A stretch of DNA of 64,000 nucleotides from Fidelibacterota bacterium (GTDB lineage Bacteria > Fidelibacterota > Fidelibacteria > Fidelibacterales > DSDE01), in assembly GCA_046735395.1 (NCBI GenBank), contig JBJKQR010000047.1, forward strand, positions 1 to 64,000, written 5' to 3'. The notes under the pieces were generated by a model. It did not search any database and was not told the DNA's origin. It was given only the letters and a program-made list of their open reading frames with translations. The position numbers were made by a program, and so were the translations under genes. Shown here one piece after another: positions 7,770 to 18,240 of the stretch (the first letter of the stretch is position 1; each line of letters starts with the position of its first letter).

Positions 7770-9740
7770 TCAGAGGAGTCCGCGCCGTTTTCTCAGGAAC
7801 CATTCGGCTGCAGACACGGCGAAGAGCATTAAAAGGAAAAGGGGGCTTTTTCTGGGCTGTATCTGCCGTGACCAGGGAATCTGCACCGGTCTGAGAAGAA
7901 CACGTGCGTGTCCCTGGTTCAGAGAATCAGGAGTCAGAAAGGATCCGCCGTTATTGTGACTCAGGGCCTTCAACCCGTAGAGATTCAGACCGGTATAGAT
8001 CTGTTCCGGCCGGGCAGTGCCGATCAGAACTTCGGCTGAATCGGAGGCGAGACGATGAGTGCCCTTCATGAGTGACAGGATTGCGGTAAAGCGTCCGCTG
8101 GTTTCCGAGCTGAAAATGAAGGCATCCGAGTGCGAGTCCGCGTCCTTGTCCAGTCGTCTGTTTTCATGATGCTGTTCATCCACAATCCGCAGGCTGAGGT
8201 GCAGACTGTCTCCGGACGGATCGGATGCATCGTGTACATGGAGCTGATAGGGCAGGACGAGTTCGCTGGCCGGCAGGCCGCTGAAGCTTTTTTTCGTGAA
8301 AACGACGGTCTGTCCGCCGGTGTGATACCGGGCCGCATCACAGACATTCTCCAGCAATTTAGCATACAGATCTGAAGACGGAGTCTGATAGGTTCCGAGC
8401 TGCCATTTCCAGAGTCCCCGCGCATTGATCCACAGTGTGTTGGAGGCAGGGTCAAACTGAATGAGATCGGTAGTGCCGGATTCCCCCGACTGTAGCAGGG
8501 CCCGGGCGTTGCTCTGTGCATGGCCGCTGTATAAAACGGGGGGCAGATCGGCCCAAAGCCGGCCATTGGCTGCCGGGTCTCCGATGATACGGGTGAAGGG
8601 TGACGGCTCAGGGCACTGGAAGGATTGGACCGGACGGGATTGATCGGTGAGGGCGCTGAAGACGATTTTGAATACATCGGGGCCGAAAGGTGCTTTCTCA
8701 TCTGCAGATTTCTGCATAATGACAGCCATACCAGGATGCCTGTCCGGTTTGCCGGTGATGCGCAGATCCGGATTTTCTCCCAGTATCGTGCTGATCATTT
8801 TGGTGTCCGGATCATAGGTCGTCGTATCGAACCACACAGTGAGATGCCTGTCCTCAACCCGGAGAAGATGTTCCCGCAGCAATGAGGAATCACCTTCGTC
8901 TGAAAGAAATACAAGCTTACCCGCGACGGTACCCGGCTTCCGGGGTGGCAGCGTCAGAGGCAGAAATGATTTGAATTCCGGAGGGAGAGAGACGGGGAAG
9001 GAACGGGTCCTGCTGCCGACAGACCAGAGCAGCTGACCGTGTATGGGTTCAATACCGGTGTTTTTCAATACGGCCGCAAGCCGCAGGCTGTCTCCGCTCA
9101 GAGCCGGTTCCGGCGTGATGATTTCCTCCAGCTGGGGAATGGTTCCGGTGGCGGCGTTTCCTACGCCGATTGCGGATACGCGATTCGGCAGTCTGACAGC
9201 CGTCAAATCCCGGCCGAAATGGCTCTGTCCATCGCTGACGAGAAGGATGTCCCAGGGCCCGTCGTCTCTGTCTCTGAGTCGGTCTGATGCAGATATGAGC
9301 ATGGCGGGAATATCCGTTGAATGGCTGGCGAAATTCAAATTATCCGTGGTGCTTCCGCTTTCTGTCAGATTCCGGTCGCTGCCCTGAAAATGCCTGAGCC
9401 GCGTTCTGTCCTTCAGAATTCTGTAAAATTCCGTATCGGTGATATCGTTCGGGATGGCGCTGTCCGTGTATTCCGGAGCCATGCTCCCTGAATTATCCCA
9501 GATAAATGCCAGTCCGGCAAAGCGGCTTCGGATTCCTGAGAAATGAAGCTGCACATCCATGACGAGAATACAGATCATCAGCGCAGACAACAGCCTGAAG
9601 GCCGCCAGCAGATAATCGCCCCGGCTTTTTTCCGGAAGCCGTCTGTGAAAATAGATCAGCCACAGGCCGGACGCTGCAGCAATGGCCGCACATAGAATTA
9701 ATGAAATTAAACCGGTGTCAGCACTGAACTGAATGGTCAA
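7770..9740 (-). CDS. Membrane protein with vWA-like domain (hypothetical)
   Basis: Two N-terminal hydrophobic helices, MIDAS-like WDNSGSM and LLVSDGQ, and a C-terminal TM ending AEWFLRKRRGLL. Start placed at TTG 9740, overlapping the tsaD stop. Confidence 0.7.
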   Translation of the reverse strand: MTIQFSADTGLISLILCAAIAAASGLWLIYFHRRLPEKSRGDYLLAAFRLLSALMICILVMDVQLHFSGIRSRFAGLAFIWDNSGSMAPEYTDSAIPNDITDTEFYRILKDRTRLRHFQGSDRNLTESGSTTDNLNFASHSTDIPAMLISASDRLRDRDDGPWDILLVSDGQSHFGRDLTAVRLPNRVSAIGVGNAATGTIPQLEEIITPEPALSGDSLRLAAVLKNTGIEPIHGQLLWSVGSRTRSFPVSLPPEFKSFLPLTLPPRKPGTVAGKLVFLSDEGDSSLLREHLLRVEDRHLTVWFDTTTYDPDTKMISTILGENPDLRITGKPDRHPGMAVIMQKSADEKAPFGPDVFKIVFSALTDQSRPVQSFQCPEPSPFTRIIGDPAANGRLWADLPPVLYSGHAQSNARALLQSGESGTTDLIQFDPASNTLWINARGLWKWQLGTYQTPSSDLYAKLLENVCDAARYHTGGQTVVFTKKSFSGLPASELVLPYQLHVHDASDPSGDSLHLSLRIVDEQHHENRRLDKDADSHSDAFIFSSETSGRFTAILSLMKGTHRLASDSAEVLIGTARPEQIYTGLNLYGLKALSHNNGGSFLTPDSLNQGHARVLLRPVQIPWSRQIQPRKSPLFLLMLFAVSAAEWFLRKRRGLL

Positions 9741-10759
9741 GTTAATGTCAGATTTGGAACTGCCTGAAGAGAAAGATCGGAAAACAGTCCATGTTTGTGA
9801 TAAAGGGTCCCGGCGGCAGCAATCATGGCGGCGTTGTCCGTACAATATTCCAGAGGGGGGTAAAAAAGCTCGAGACCAAGGGATTCGGCCAGGTCTCTCA
9901 TGCTCTGCCTGAGCCTGGAATTGGCGGCGACGCCACCGGCAAGTACGAGTTTGCTTCGGCCGCTTTTCTGCACGGCCCGCCGGATCTTTTCCGTGAGCGT
10001 ATCTACCACGGCAGCCTGAAAACTGGCAGCAATATCAGCCGTCTGGCCCGCGGTCAGATTTTCAAATTTCTTTGTATGATTCAGAACGGCTGTCTTCAGG
10101 CCGCTGAAGGAAAAATCCAGCGTGTCCGTATTCAGGAGCGGACGGGGAAAAGCGACGGCTTTCGGGTTGCCCGAGGCAGACAGCTTGTCGATGAGAGGGC
10201 CTCCGGGATAGCCGATTTTGAGAAGCCGGGCCACCTTGTCAAAGGATTCTCCGGCGGCATCATCCAGGGTCGTGCCGAGTATGGTGAAATCCTTGAACCC
10301 CTTTACATCAATAATCAGAGTGTGGCCTCCGGAAACCAGCAGACAGAGAAAGGGAGCGGAAAGGTCGGGAAACTGGATGAAGGGAGCGTAGAGATGGCCT
10401 TCAATATGATTGATGCCCAGGAGCGGAATATCCAGAGCCGTTGCCAGGCCTTTGGCAAAATTGAGTCCCACAAGCAGCGCACCCATGAGGCCCGGGCCGT
10501 AGGTGACGGCGATGGCGTCGATATCCTTAAATTCCGCGTTTCCCTGCTGCAGGCATTCTCTGCAGATATCAGCAATGATGGTTTCATGTTCCCGGCTGGC
10601 AATCTCCGGAACCACACCTCCGTATTTGGCATGGACCATCTGGGAATACACGATATGGGAACGGACCGAAAAACCCCGGATCAGTGCAGCGCTGGTTTCG
10701 TCGCAGCTGCTTTCTATCCCCAGGATCAGAGGATCATTTTCGGACAATGGCGACCTCAA
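9737..10759 (-). CDS. tsaD: tRNA N6-adenosine threonylcarbamoyltransferase
   Basis: LGIESSCDET, GGVVPEIASREH, HIEGH, LVSGGHT, DDAAGESFDK, FSFSGLKT and CTDNAAMI motifs. Confidence 0.97.
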   Translation of the reverse strand: MRSPLSENDPLILGIESSCDETSAALIRGFSVRSHIVYSQMVHAKYGGVVPEIASREHETIIADICRECLQQGNAEFKDIDAIAVTYGPGLMGALLVGLNFAKGLATALDIPLLGINHIEGHLYAPFIQFPDLSAPFLCLLVSGGHTLIIDVKGFKDFTILGTTLDDAAGESFDKVARLLKIGYPGGPLIDKLSASGNPKAVAFPRPLLNTDTLDFSFSGLKTAVLNHTKKFENLTAGQTADIAASFQAAVVDTLTEKIRRAVQKSGRSKLVLAGGVAANSRLRQSMRDLAESLGLELFYPPLEYCTDNAAMIAAAGTLYHKHGLFSDLSLQAVPNLTLT

Positions 10760-11675
10760 TCGTTTTGGGGATCAGATTCTTCCATTCGATCACCGAAGTG
10801 GGAATCTCTACCACCGGGATATAATAATGCGTATTGGGAATCCATTGGGAGGCATAGTCAAACTGGATGCCGATGTCCTCAGGTTTTACATTCTGAATGA
10901 CATCGTTACCGCCGACGATGGTGAGGGACACATCGGCAGGAATGACCTTGATGTCTAAATCCGGAGGAGCATTGACAATCTTAACGGGCAGATTGCTCAG
11001 CTGACGTTCCCCGAGACTTTCAATCTTCATGGAAAAATTTACATTTTCCGGATTCATGGTAAGAAATGACGGCTCGGGGTTAATGAGTGCAATATCCTGC
11101 GAAAAAGACTGGCTTACTCCGCTCAGCTGGAGATCTTTACTTTCAATGAGTTTGAGTCCCCGGATCAGGCTGCGCGGCCCTGTTATGGAAATTTTGGACG
11201 GATCCGCTTCGGCCTGATGGGTAATGATGTAGCCTGTCTTGGTCTGAACGCTGGCATTGATATGGACGGGAATATCGCGGGTGATTTTTTCATCAATGAG
11301 GACATTTATGGATTCGGGATACACGACTTCCAGATAGGTCATGGAATTCTGGGGGTAGACAACGCGGTTCGGATATTTGCTGAAATATTCATTCAGATTG
11401 AATTTATAACGCCGGCTAATGGTGCTGACATCCAGAATGAGCTTGGGATGATCGAAATACTTGCTGATCATGAGATGGCGGCCGTTACCTCTGAACATGA
11501 CCTGGGCCGTTGCCGGAATGTCATTTTTCAAAATTTTATCCGGACGGGGTTCATACACTTCGATGGGAGTATCCATAATGATGGTGTAATCCTTCTGGCT
11601 GACAATCATGAGCCAGATGAGAAATGCCGACAGCAGGGGAATGAGCCATTGGAAGAAAATTTTCAGTACCTTCAT
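10734..11675 (-). CDS. YbbR/CdaR-like membrane-anchored protein
   Basis: Single N-terminal TM followed by repeated P-x-x-V/I-x-I-x-G units (PSKISITGP, PADVSLTIVGG). The start at ATG 11675 is tentative. Confidence 0.75.
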   Translation of the reverse strand: MKVLKIFFQWLIPLLSAFLIWLMIVSQKDYTIIMDTPIEVYEPRPDKILKNDIPATAQVMFRGNGRHLMISKYFDHPKLILDVSTISRRYKFNLNEYFSKYPNRVVYPQNSMTYLEVVYPESINVLIDEKITRDIPVHINASVQTKTGYIITHQAEADPSKISITGPRSLIRGLKLIESKDLQLSGVSQSFSQDIALINPEPSFLTMNPENVNFSMKIESLGERQLSNLPVKIVNAPPDLDIKVIPADVSLTIVGGNDVIQNVKPEDIGIQFDYASQWIPNTHYYIPVVEIPTSVIEWKNLIPKTIEVAIVRK

Positions 11676-11904
11676 ACCTGAGGAGTTTAGCAATAATTTT
11701 CCTTGAAATAAACAGATTTCTGGCCAGTCGAATCTCTTCCGAACTTTGTTTCAGCCTGACGTCGGAGACTGTTTTCGGTGCCGATCTGTCTGCGTTGTGG
11801 GGAATTATTGAGTGAAAAGCCGGCCTGAGTGAGGGGAAAATCCGCTTTATCAATTCGCAAAAAGCTTCTATATTACCCTGAAATCGTAGACAAGAGGATA
11901 AAGT

Positions 11905-12282
11905 ATGGTAAAGGTCATCAGGCAGCCGGTACAGATTGAAAGCGCGGGGAATAAACCGAAAATTATCCGGGAGCATGTGGGCCGGGTCAGAACGGAGACG
12001 GAGGGTGTATCCATTGCCCATATGCAGAGTCCGGGAGGCTGGATGGAGCCGGGACAGGAACCGGAATTTACGGAATATACGGTTGTGCTCAGGGGACTTC
12101 TGAAAGTTGAGACCCGGAGCGACGTGTTTGAAATCCACGCCGGTGAGGCCATTATTGCCTATCCGGGAGAATGGATTCGCTATTCATCACCGGAAGAGGG
12201 CGGAGCCGAATATATCGCGGTCTGCACTCCGGCTTTTTCGCCGGATACTGTTCATCGGGATGATGAAGACGTGCAGGGATGA
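11905..12282 (+). CDS. Cupin domain protein
   Basis: EPGQEPEFTEYTVVLRG...AGEAII..PGEWIRYS cupin pattern. SD AAGAGG upstream. Confidence 0.8.
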   Translation: MVKVIRQPVQIESAGNKPKIIREHVGRVRTETEGVSIAHMQSPGGWMEPGQEPEFTEYTVVLRGLLKVETRSDVFEIHAGEAIIAYPGEWIRYSSPEEGGAEYIAVCTPAFSPDTVHRDDEDVQG

Positions 12283-12366
12283 AGAACAAATTTCAATGAT
12301 AAAAGAATTATTAAAACACAGAATCCGACTGGCCTGAGAAGGTTTCGGAAGAGAGGCGGAAACAGG

Positions 12367-13251
12367 ATGAAAAAACTGATATTACTGATTTTTACGGCCG
12401 TCATGGCCCTGACTGCCGGTGAAGGTGTAAAAGCAAAAATTTCTTCGCTGTCGAAGGCTGAAATCGATGCCATGCTGGCAAAGGAAGCCTCATCCGGAAT
12501 GACGGTGACAGACCGCATTGCCTGGTATTCCGAGTTGTTTCTCGGCATGCCCTACAGCTGGACCGCCACCGGAGACGGGCCCGATGCCCAGTTCGAAACC
12601 TGGCCCCTGATGGATCTGGACAGCACAAACTGCATGGTGTACTGTGAGCATGTGCTGGCTCTGTCCATCTCCGACAGCTGGGATAATTTTTTCAATAATC
12701 TTCAGCAGATCCGCTATAAGGACGGAATCATCGGGATGCGGACCCGCAACCATTATACCATGGCGGACTGGCTTCCGGAAAACAGCTGGCTGCTGCAGGA
12801 TGTGAGCGCACAGGTTGCCGGAGAGTACAAAAAAGATATGACGAGAACCATTTCTCATGAGAAATTTTTCCGGGACAAGGGCATTACGGATATGCGCTAT
12901 GTGAAGGAAGACCGGACGATCACGCTGCCCTATGTACCCAAGGAACATCTGAAGGATATTCGGGACAATCTGAGGAACGGCGATATCATAGCTCTGCTCT
13001 TTGCGAATCAAAAAGATATTTTTTCCGCTCATATGATGATGGTCATCGTGAAGGACGGCAAATATTTCATTCGTGAAAGTTCCACCAGCCGCTACAGCAC
13101 CTTTGAAACACCCTGGGAAGAATGGGTCAAGGGCAAGGGAGTCTGGCGACGCTATGCCGGTGTGGCGGTTATGCGGGTTCGTGACAATTTGAATACGCCG
13201 GACCGTGTGATTCTGCCCTGGGATATCCGGGCTATGAGGAATGAAAAATGA
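12367..13251 (+). CDS. DUF1460 / NlpC-P60-related N-acetylmuramoyl-L-alanine amidase-like protein, secreted
   Basis: Signal peptide, FLGMPY, DSTNCMVYCE (catalytic Cys), YKDG...RNHY and GDIIA...SAH motifs. Confidence 0.78.
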   Translation: MKKLILLIFTAVMALTAGEGVKAKISSLSKAEIDAMLAKEASSGMTVTDRIAWYSELFLGMPYSWTATGDGPDAQFETWPLMDLDSTNCMVYCEHVLALSISDSWDNFFNNLQQIRYKDGIIGMRTRNHYTMADWLPENSWLLQDVSAQVAGEYKKDMTRTISHEKFFRDKGITDMRYVKEDRTITLPYVPKEHLKDIRDNLRNGDIIALLFANQKDIFSAHMMMVIVKDGKYFIRESSTSRYSTFETPWEEWVKGKGVWRRYAGVAVMRVRDNLNTPDRVILPWDIRAMRNEK

Positions 13252-14030
13252 GAAAAGTTACAGCCGGTTTTCTGGCGCTGCTGCTCATTCTGGCCGGCTG
13301 CGGCAGGACCGGACGGAAAGGGGATATGAACACAAAACTCTATAAGGCAAGGGTCTTCCATTCCACATCCGGGAGAACCCTGAATTACCGCCTGCTGTCT
13401 CCGCCCCGGACGGAACACGGCAAAAGCTATCCCCTGGTGATATTTCTGCACGGATCCGGTGAAAGAGGAGAGGACAATGTTTCCCAGCTAATCCATGGAA
13501 CCTGGCTGTTCAGCGAGCCGGCCAACCGACGCGAATACCCTGCCTGGGTGCTGGTGCCCCAGTGTCCCGAAAATGAAAGGTGGGTGGACGTGGACTGGGA
13601 TGCACCCGAACACCGGACCCCCGATGCCCTCTCACCGAGTTTTCAGCTGCTGATGGAGCTTCTGACGCAGATGATGGAAAAAAATGCGGTGGATCGGAAC
13701 CGCATATATGTTACCGGCCTCAGTATGGGAGGATTCGGAACCTGGGATCTGCTGGTGCGGTATCCGGACCTCTTCGCTGCCGGTGTTCCCGTCTGTGGCG
13801 GCGGGGATGTGGACATGGCCGACAGGCTGGTGAATATGCCGGTCTGGGCCTTTCACGGTGCGGATGATCCGGTGGTATCTCCCGACCGGACACGAAATAT
13901 GATAAAGGCCATCGAATCGGCCGGAGGCCATCCCCGATACACCGAATATCCCGGGATCGGCCACGGCAGCTGGGTGCCGGCCTACAAGGAAGCGGATCTG
14001 CTGCCCTGGCTGTTTGCCCAGCATAAATGA
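13248..14030 (+). CDS. Alpha/beta hydrolase (phospholipase/carboxylesterase-type) lipoprotein
   Basis: Lipobox LAGC, FLHGSGERG, nucleophile elbow TGLSMGG, FHGADD and GHGSW motifs. Confidence 0.85.
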   Translation: MRKVTAGFLALLLILAGCGRTGRKGDMNTKLYKARVFHSTSGRTLNYRLLSPPRTEHGKSYPLVIFLHGSGERGEDNVSQLIHGTWLFSEPANRREYPAWVLVPQCPENERWVDVDWDAPEHRTPDALSPSFQLLMELLTQMMEKNAVDRNRIYVTGLSMGGFGTWDLLVRYPDLFAAGVPVCGGGDVDMADRLVNMPVWAFHGADDPVVSPDRTRNMIKAIESAGGHPRYTEYPGIGHGSWVPAYKEADLLPWLFAQHK

Positions 14031-14095
14031 AATTCCTGAATGATTCAGGACCTGGTATACAGAATTTATCGAAACACAGTACAAGGACAATGACA

Positions 14096-15124
14096 ATGAA
14101 ATTGAGTATTCGGGATTATGACCTCAAACTGAAGTACAAATTCGGAATTTCCAGAGAGACGAGAACGGTTCAGAAAACCATGATTGTCGATCTGGAGCAG
14201 GATGGCGTACATGGCTATGGTGAAGCGGTGGCAAACCATAAATATTATGTGAAAAGCGAAATCGGGACCATGACCGCCCTTTTGAAGGACATTGAAGGTG
14301 AGCTGACCGGGATGGATCTTCGCGAGCAGGATCCCGAAGCCATCTGGGCCAGGTATAAATCCCATTTTCATGGTAATCCCTACGCCCAGTGCGCACTGGA
14401 TATGGCCATCTGGGATCTGAAGGGGAAGCTGGCCGGAAAGTCCACGCGGAGTCTCTGGGGCCTGAAGGATTACGAGATCCCCGATACGGATTACACCATC
14501 GGAATTGACGATATTGATGTTATGGTCAGCAAAATGAAGGAATTCAAGGGCTGGCCTCTGTTCAAGATCAAGCTGGGGACAGACCATGATATGGAAATCA
14601 TGCGGGCGCTCAGGAAGGAGACGGACGCGGTGCTGCGCATTGATGCAAACTGCGGCTGGACTCCCGAACAGACCATCCGGTATTCGGAGGAACTGAAAAA
14701 GATGGATGTGGAATTCATCGAACAGCCTCTAAATGCATCCGACTGGGAGGGAATGAAGGAAGTTTTTGAGTACAGCAAGCTGCCGGTTGTCGCTGATGAA
14801 AGCTGCATCAGTGAAGAGGATGTGCTGCGCTGCGCCGGATTTTTTCACGGTGTGAATATCAAGGTTTTCAAGTGCGGCGGGCTGACACCGGCCCGGCGAA
14901 TGACTGATACAGCCCGGCATCTGGGACTGAAAGTGATGGCCGGATGCATGACGGAATCATCCGTCGGGATCAGCGGCATTGCCCAGCTGCTGCCCCTTCT
15001 CGATTATGTGGACATGGACGGGCCTCTTCTGATCGCGGAGGACATTGCCGAGGGTGTGGATATCCGTTATGGCCGTGTGACCTTTCCGGACCGGCCCGGG
15101 AATGGTGTCAACCTTGTAAAATGA
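14096..15124 (+). CDS. Dipeptide (L-Ala-D/L-Glu) epimerase, enolase superfamily
   Basis: GYGEA, ALDMAIWDL, KIKLG, RIDANCGW, IEQP, ADES, NIKVFKCGG, GCMTES and DMDG motifs. SD AAGGA favours ATG 14096. Confidence 0.88.
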   Translation: MKLSIRDYDLKLKYKFGISRETRTVQKTMIVDLEQDGVHGYGEAVANHKYYVKSEIGTMTALLKDIEGELTGMDLREQDPEAIWARYKSHFHGNPYAQCALDMAIWDLKGKLAGKSTRSLWGLKDYEIPDTDYTIGIDDIDVMVSKMKEFKGWPLFKIKLGTDHDMEIMRALRKETDAVLRIDANCGWTPEQTIRYSEELKKMDVEFIEQPLNASDWEGMKEVFEYSKLPVVADESCISEEDVLRCAGFFHGVNIKVFKCGGLTPARRMTDTARHLGLKVMAGCMTESSVGISGIAQLLPLLDYVDMDGPLLIAEDIAEGVDIRYGRVTFPDRPGNGVNLVK

Positions 15125-15167
15125 TTCAGCATTGCTGATTTTTTATCTCAGAAAACCGGATTGAACC

Positions 15168-16913
15168 ATGACAGCAGCAAAGACATTACTGGAAGAGGTG
15201 TGGGAAAGTATCCTTGAACGGCAGAACGCGCCGGCGTTCTGGATCCGGGAGGATGGGGCCTACCAACCGCTGACCTATACACATTTCGGTAATATGATCG
15301 TACGAATGACGGCTTTTCTGGATGAACAGCCCCTGTCCCGGGGTGACCGGATCGCCGTGCTCAGCCGGAACCGCTTCGAATGGCCGGTGATCGATATGGC
15401 CCTGCAGAGCCGTGAACTGGTACTGGTTCCCTTGTATACAAATCTGCATCCGGATACGGTACGAAGCATTCTGGAACACAGCGGAGCCGCCGCGGTCATT
15501 TTCGAAAATGATACATTCTACGGGAGCTATCACTCTGTCGTACCTGAATCCTGCCGGATATGGACCATTGACAGAATCAATGCGGAGATTCCCCATTTTC
15601 AGTGGCTGCGGCATGCACAAGCCACCGTGGACATGCGTCTGGCCTATCTGGAAACCATTGCGGATATTGAAGACAAGGCTCTGATCAGTATCAGTTATAC
15701 AAGCGGAACCACCGGTGATGCAAAGGGTGTCTGCCTCTCGCACCGGAATATTGTCTCAGATATTCATGCGGCTCTGGAAATTCTGCCCATTTATGCCAGC
15801 GACCGTTTTCTCTCTTTTCTGCCCCTGTCTCACATGTTTGAAAGAACGGCCGGCTGTTACGTTCCCCTGGTTCAGGGGGCGCAGATTGCCTATGCCGAAG
15901 ATGTGACGACAGTCGTGGAGGATGCGAAGGACAGCCAGCCCACTATCATTCTGACCGTTCCCCGTTTTCTGGAAAAAGTGTATGAAAAGCTCAGCAGCGG
16001 AATTGCCGGCGCCTCAGGAATCCAGCGTCTGATGCTGCTCGCTGCCGGCCGCCATGCCGAACTGCTGCATCGGAAGAATCTGTCCGGACATCGATTTCAT
16101 CAAATGTTGAATAAGCTGTTCAGGCGTTTCGTTTATGATACGATCCGGGCAAAGATATCTTCCCGCCTCCGTCTGTTCATCAGCGGCGGAGCGCCTCTGG
16201 CGGCAGATATCGCGCGCTTTTTTGCCCGTTTTGACCTGGAAATTCTTGAAGGCTATGGATTGACCGAAACCTCTCCCATTCTGACGCTCAATCCTCCGGG
16301 GAAGAGCAAACCGGGTTCGGCGGGTATTCCCATCAGCTGTATTGAAATGAAAATTGCCGATGACGGGGAGATTATGGTTCGCGGTGACAATGTGATGTCC
16401 GGATATTACCGGGCGGACCATCTGACCCGGGAGGTCATTGATGAGGACGGCTGGTTTCACACCGGCGATGTGGGGCACCTCGATGAAGAGGGTGCGCTGT
16501 ATATTACCGACAGGAAAAAGGATCTGATCGTGACCGCCGGCGGGAAAAATGTGGCTCCCGGCCCTATTGAAAACGCCCTGAGCCTGAGTCCCCTCATTGA
16601 TCAGGTGCTGGTAACGGGAGACCGGAGAAAATACCTGTCCGCGCTGATCGTACCGGCCTGGGAGGACGTGGCACTGCGTATCCCCGGAACCTCCGCGTCG
16701 GAAGAGAACTGCGAAAATGAGGCGGTACGCAGACTGATCGAAGAAGAAATTGCCGACAGAATAAAGGGATTCAGTGATTATGAACGTATCCGGAAGTTCA
16801 CGCTTCTGGCCCGGGCTTTTTCCGTGGAGGAAGGGGAATTGACGGCGACTCTGAAGCTGAAACGGCGGGTTGTGGAAAAAAAATATCTGACTTGCATTGA
16901 TAAAATGTATTAA
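15168..16913 (+). CDS. Long-chain fatty acid-CoA ligase (AMP-binding)
   Basis: YTSGTTGDAKG, EGYGLTETSP, WFHTGDVG, DRKKDL and ELTATLKLKR motifs. Confidence 0.92.
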   Translation: MTAAKTLLEEVWESILERQNAPAFWIREDGAYQPLTYTHFGNMIVRMTAFLDEQPLSRGDRIAVLSRNRFEWPVIDMALQSRELVLVPLYTNLHPDTVRSILEHSGAAAVIFENDTFYGSYHSVVPESCRIWTIDRINAEIPHFQWLRHAQATVDMRLAYLETIADIEDKALISISYTSGTTGDAKGVCLSHRNIVSDIHAALEILPIYASDRFLSFLPLSHMFERTAGCYVPLVQGAQIAYAEDVTTVVEDAKDSQPTIILTVPRFLEKVYEKLSSGIAGASGIQRLMLLAAGRHAELLHRKNLSGHRFHQMLNKLFRRFVYDTIRAKISSRLRLFISGGAPLAADIARFFARFDLEILEGYGLTETSPILTLNPPGKSKPGSAGIPISCIEMKIADDGEIMVRGDNVMSGYYRADHLTREVIDEDGWFHTGDVGHLDEEGALYITDRKKDLIVTAGGKNVAPGPIENALSLSPLIDQVLVTGDRRKYLSALIVPAWEDVALRIPGTSASEENCENEAVRRLIEEEIADRIKGFSDYERIRKFTLLARAFSVEEGELTATLKLKRRVVEKKYLTCIDKMY

Positions 16914-16957
16914 TTTTCCGATGAGAAAAAACGTGGTCAGGAAAACGAAGGAGTTTT

Positions 16958-17701
16958 ATGAGCGGACATTCAAAATGGGCCAATATTAAGCATCGTAAAG
17001 GTGCGCAGGACGCGAAGAGAGCAAAGGTCTGGACAAAGATTCTCAAGGAAATTACCGTAGCTGCCCGGAGCGGCGGCGGTGATGAAAATGCCAATCCGCG
17101 TCTGAGAACGGCCGTCATTGAGGCCCGGGGAAAAAATGTTCCCAACGATACGATTACCCGCGCCATTAAAAAGGGAACGGGAGAGCTGGAAAGCGTAACC
17201 TACGAGGAAATTACCTATGAGGGCTATGGCCCCGGCGGCGTGGCGCTTCTCATGGAAGTGCTTACGGATAACCGTACCCGGACCGTTGCCGAGATTCGCC
17301 ATCTGCTGAGCAAACATGGCGGAAATCTGGGTGAAAGCGGATCCGTGGCCTGGAATTTCAGCCGCAAGGGCATGATCACCGTTCCAGCCGAAGGCGTGGA
17401 TGAGGAAACGATCATGATGGACGCTCTCGATAACGGCGCCGAAGATATTTCCGAAAATTCCGGCATGTTTGAGATCGTTGCTGATCCCGCATCCTTCAAT
17501 GATCTCCATGAGACCCTCAGGGAAAAATACAGCATTGAGAACGCCGAAATCGAACAGGTACCGGGTACAACGGTAGATCTGGATTTTGAAACAGCTCAGA
17601 AATTCATGAAGCTGTACGACCTGCTGGATGATCACGATGATATTCAGAAGGTATGGGCAAATTTTGAAATCAGCGATGAAATCATGGCCCGCCTTGAATA
17701 G
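16958..17701 (+). CDS. yebC: YebC/PmpR family protein
   Basis: MSGHSKWANIKHRK, YEGYGPGG and TDNRTRT motifs. Usual position before ruvC. Confidence 0.95.
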   Translation: MSGHSKWANIKHRKGAQDAKRAKVWTKILKEITVAARSGGGDENANPRLRTAVIEARGKNVPNDTITRAIKKGTGELESVTYEEITYEGYGPGGVALLMEVLTDNRTRTVAEIRHLLSKHGGNLGESGSVAWNFSRKGMITVPAEGVDEETIMMDALDNGAEDISENSGMFEIVADPASFNDLHETLREKYSIENAEIEQVPGTTVDLDFETAQKFMKLYDLLDDHDDIQKVWANFEISDEIMARLE

Positions 17702-17737
17702 TTTCTGATCAGTGCGGACCAGGTCAGGAAGCGATAA

Positions 17738-18238
17738 TTGATTATACTTGGCATAGATCCGGGACTAAATAATACGGGATATGGCCTCATCTCACACCAG
17801 AAGCATCGTGTGCAGCTCATTGCCGCCGGTGTGGTGCGGACGCGGCGAGATACCAGCTTTCCGCAGCGCCTGCGGACGCTCTATGATGGTGTGGATGATG
17901 TGATCAGACGTTTCAATCCGGATATCTTTGTCATCGAAGAGACCTTTTACAATTCAAATGCGAAGACCTCACTGCTTCTGGGGCATGCCCGCGGGGCTCT
18001 GATCCTGGCAGCTGCCCACCATGAACTGGAGGTTGTGGAATATTCAGCCAAGGCTGTGAAGAAAGCCCTGACCGGCAACGGCTCTGCCGACAAGGAGCAG
18101 ATTCGCTATATGGTACAGCGGCTTCTCAATATCAGGGAACTCCCGGATAAGTCTCTGGATCTGAGTGATGCGCTGGCCGTGGCGCTGACTCATCACCATC
18201 AGCTGAAATTTGAACAGCTTCTTGAGAAAGGACAGTAA
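17738..18238 (+). CDS. ruvC: Crossover junction endodeoxyribonuclease RuvC
   Basis: ILGIDPG..TGYG, IEETF, LGHARG, KKALTGNGSADKEQ and DALAVA motifs. TTG start. Confidence 0.96.
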   Translation: MIILGIDPGLNNTGYGLISHQKHRVQLIAAGVVRTRRDTSFPQRLRTLYDGVDDVIRRFNPDIFVIEETFYNSNAKTSLLLGHARGALILAAAHHELEVVEYSAKAVKKALTGNGSADKEQIRYMVQRLLNIRELPDKSLDLSDALAVALTHHHQLKFEQLLEKGQ

Positions 18239-18240
18239 CC

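Noticed and set aside
11694..11904. Possible ncRNA in the YbbR/cupin intergenic region; ORFs 11551-12138 and 11868-12152
   Set aside because: No recognisable RNA family or strong stem; the ORFs overlap the cupin antisense.
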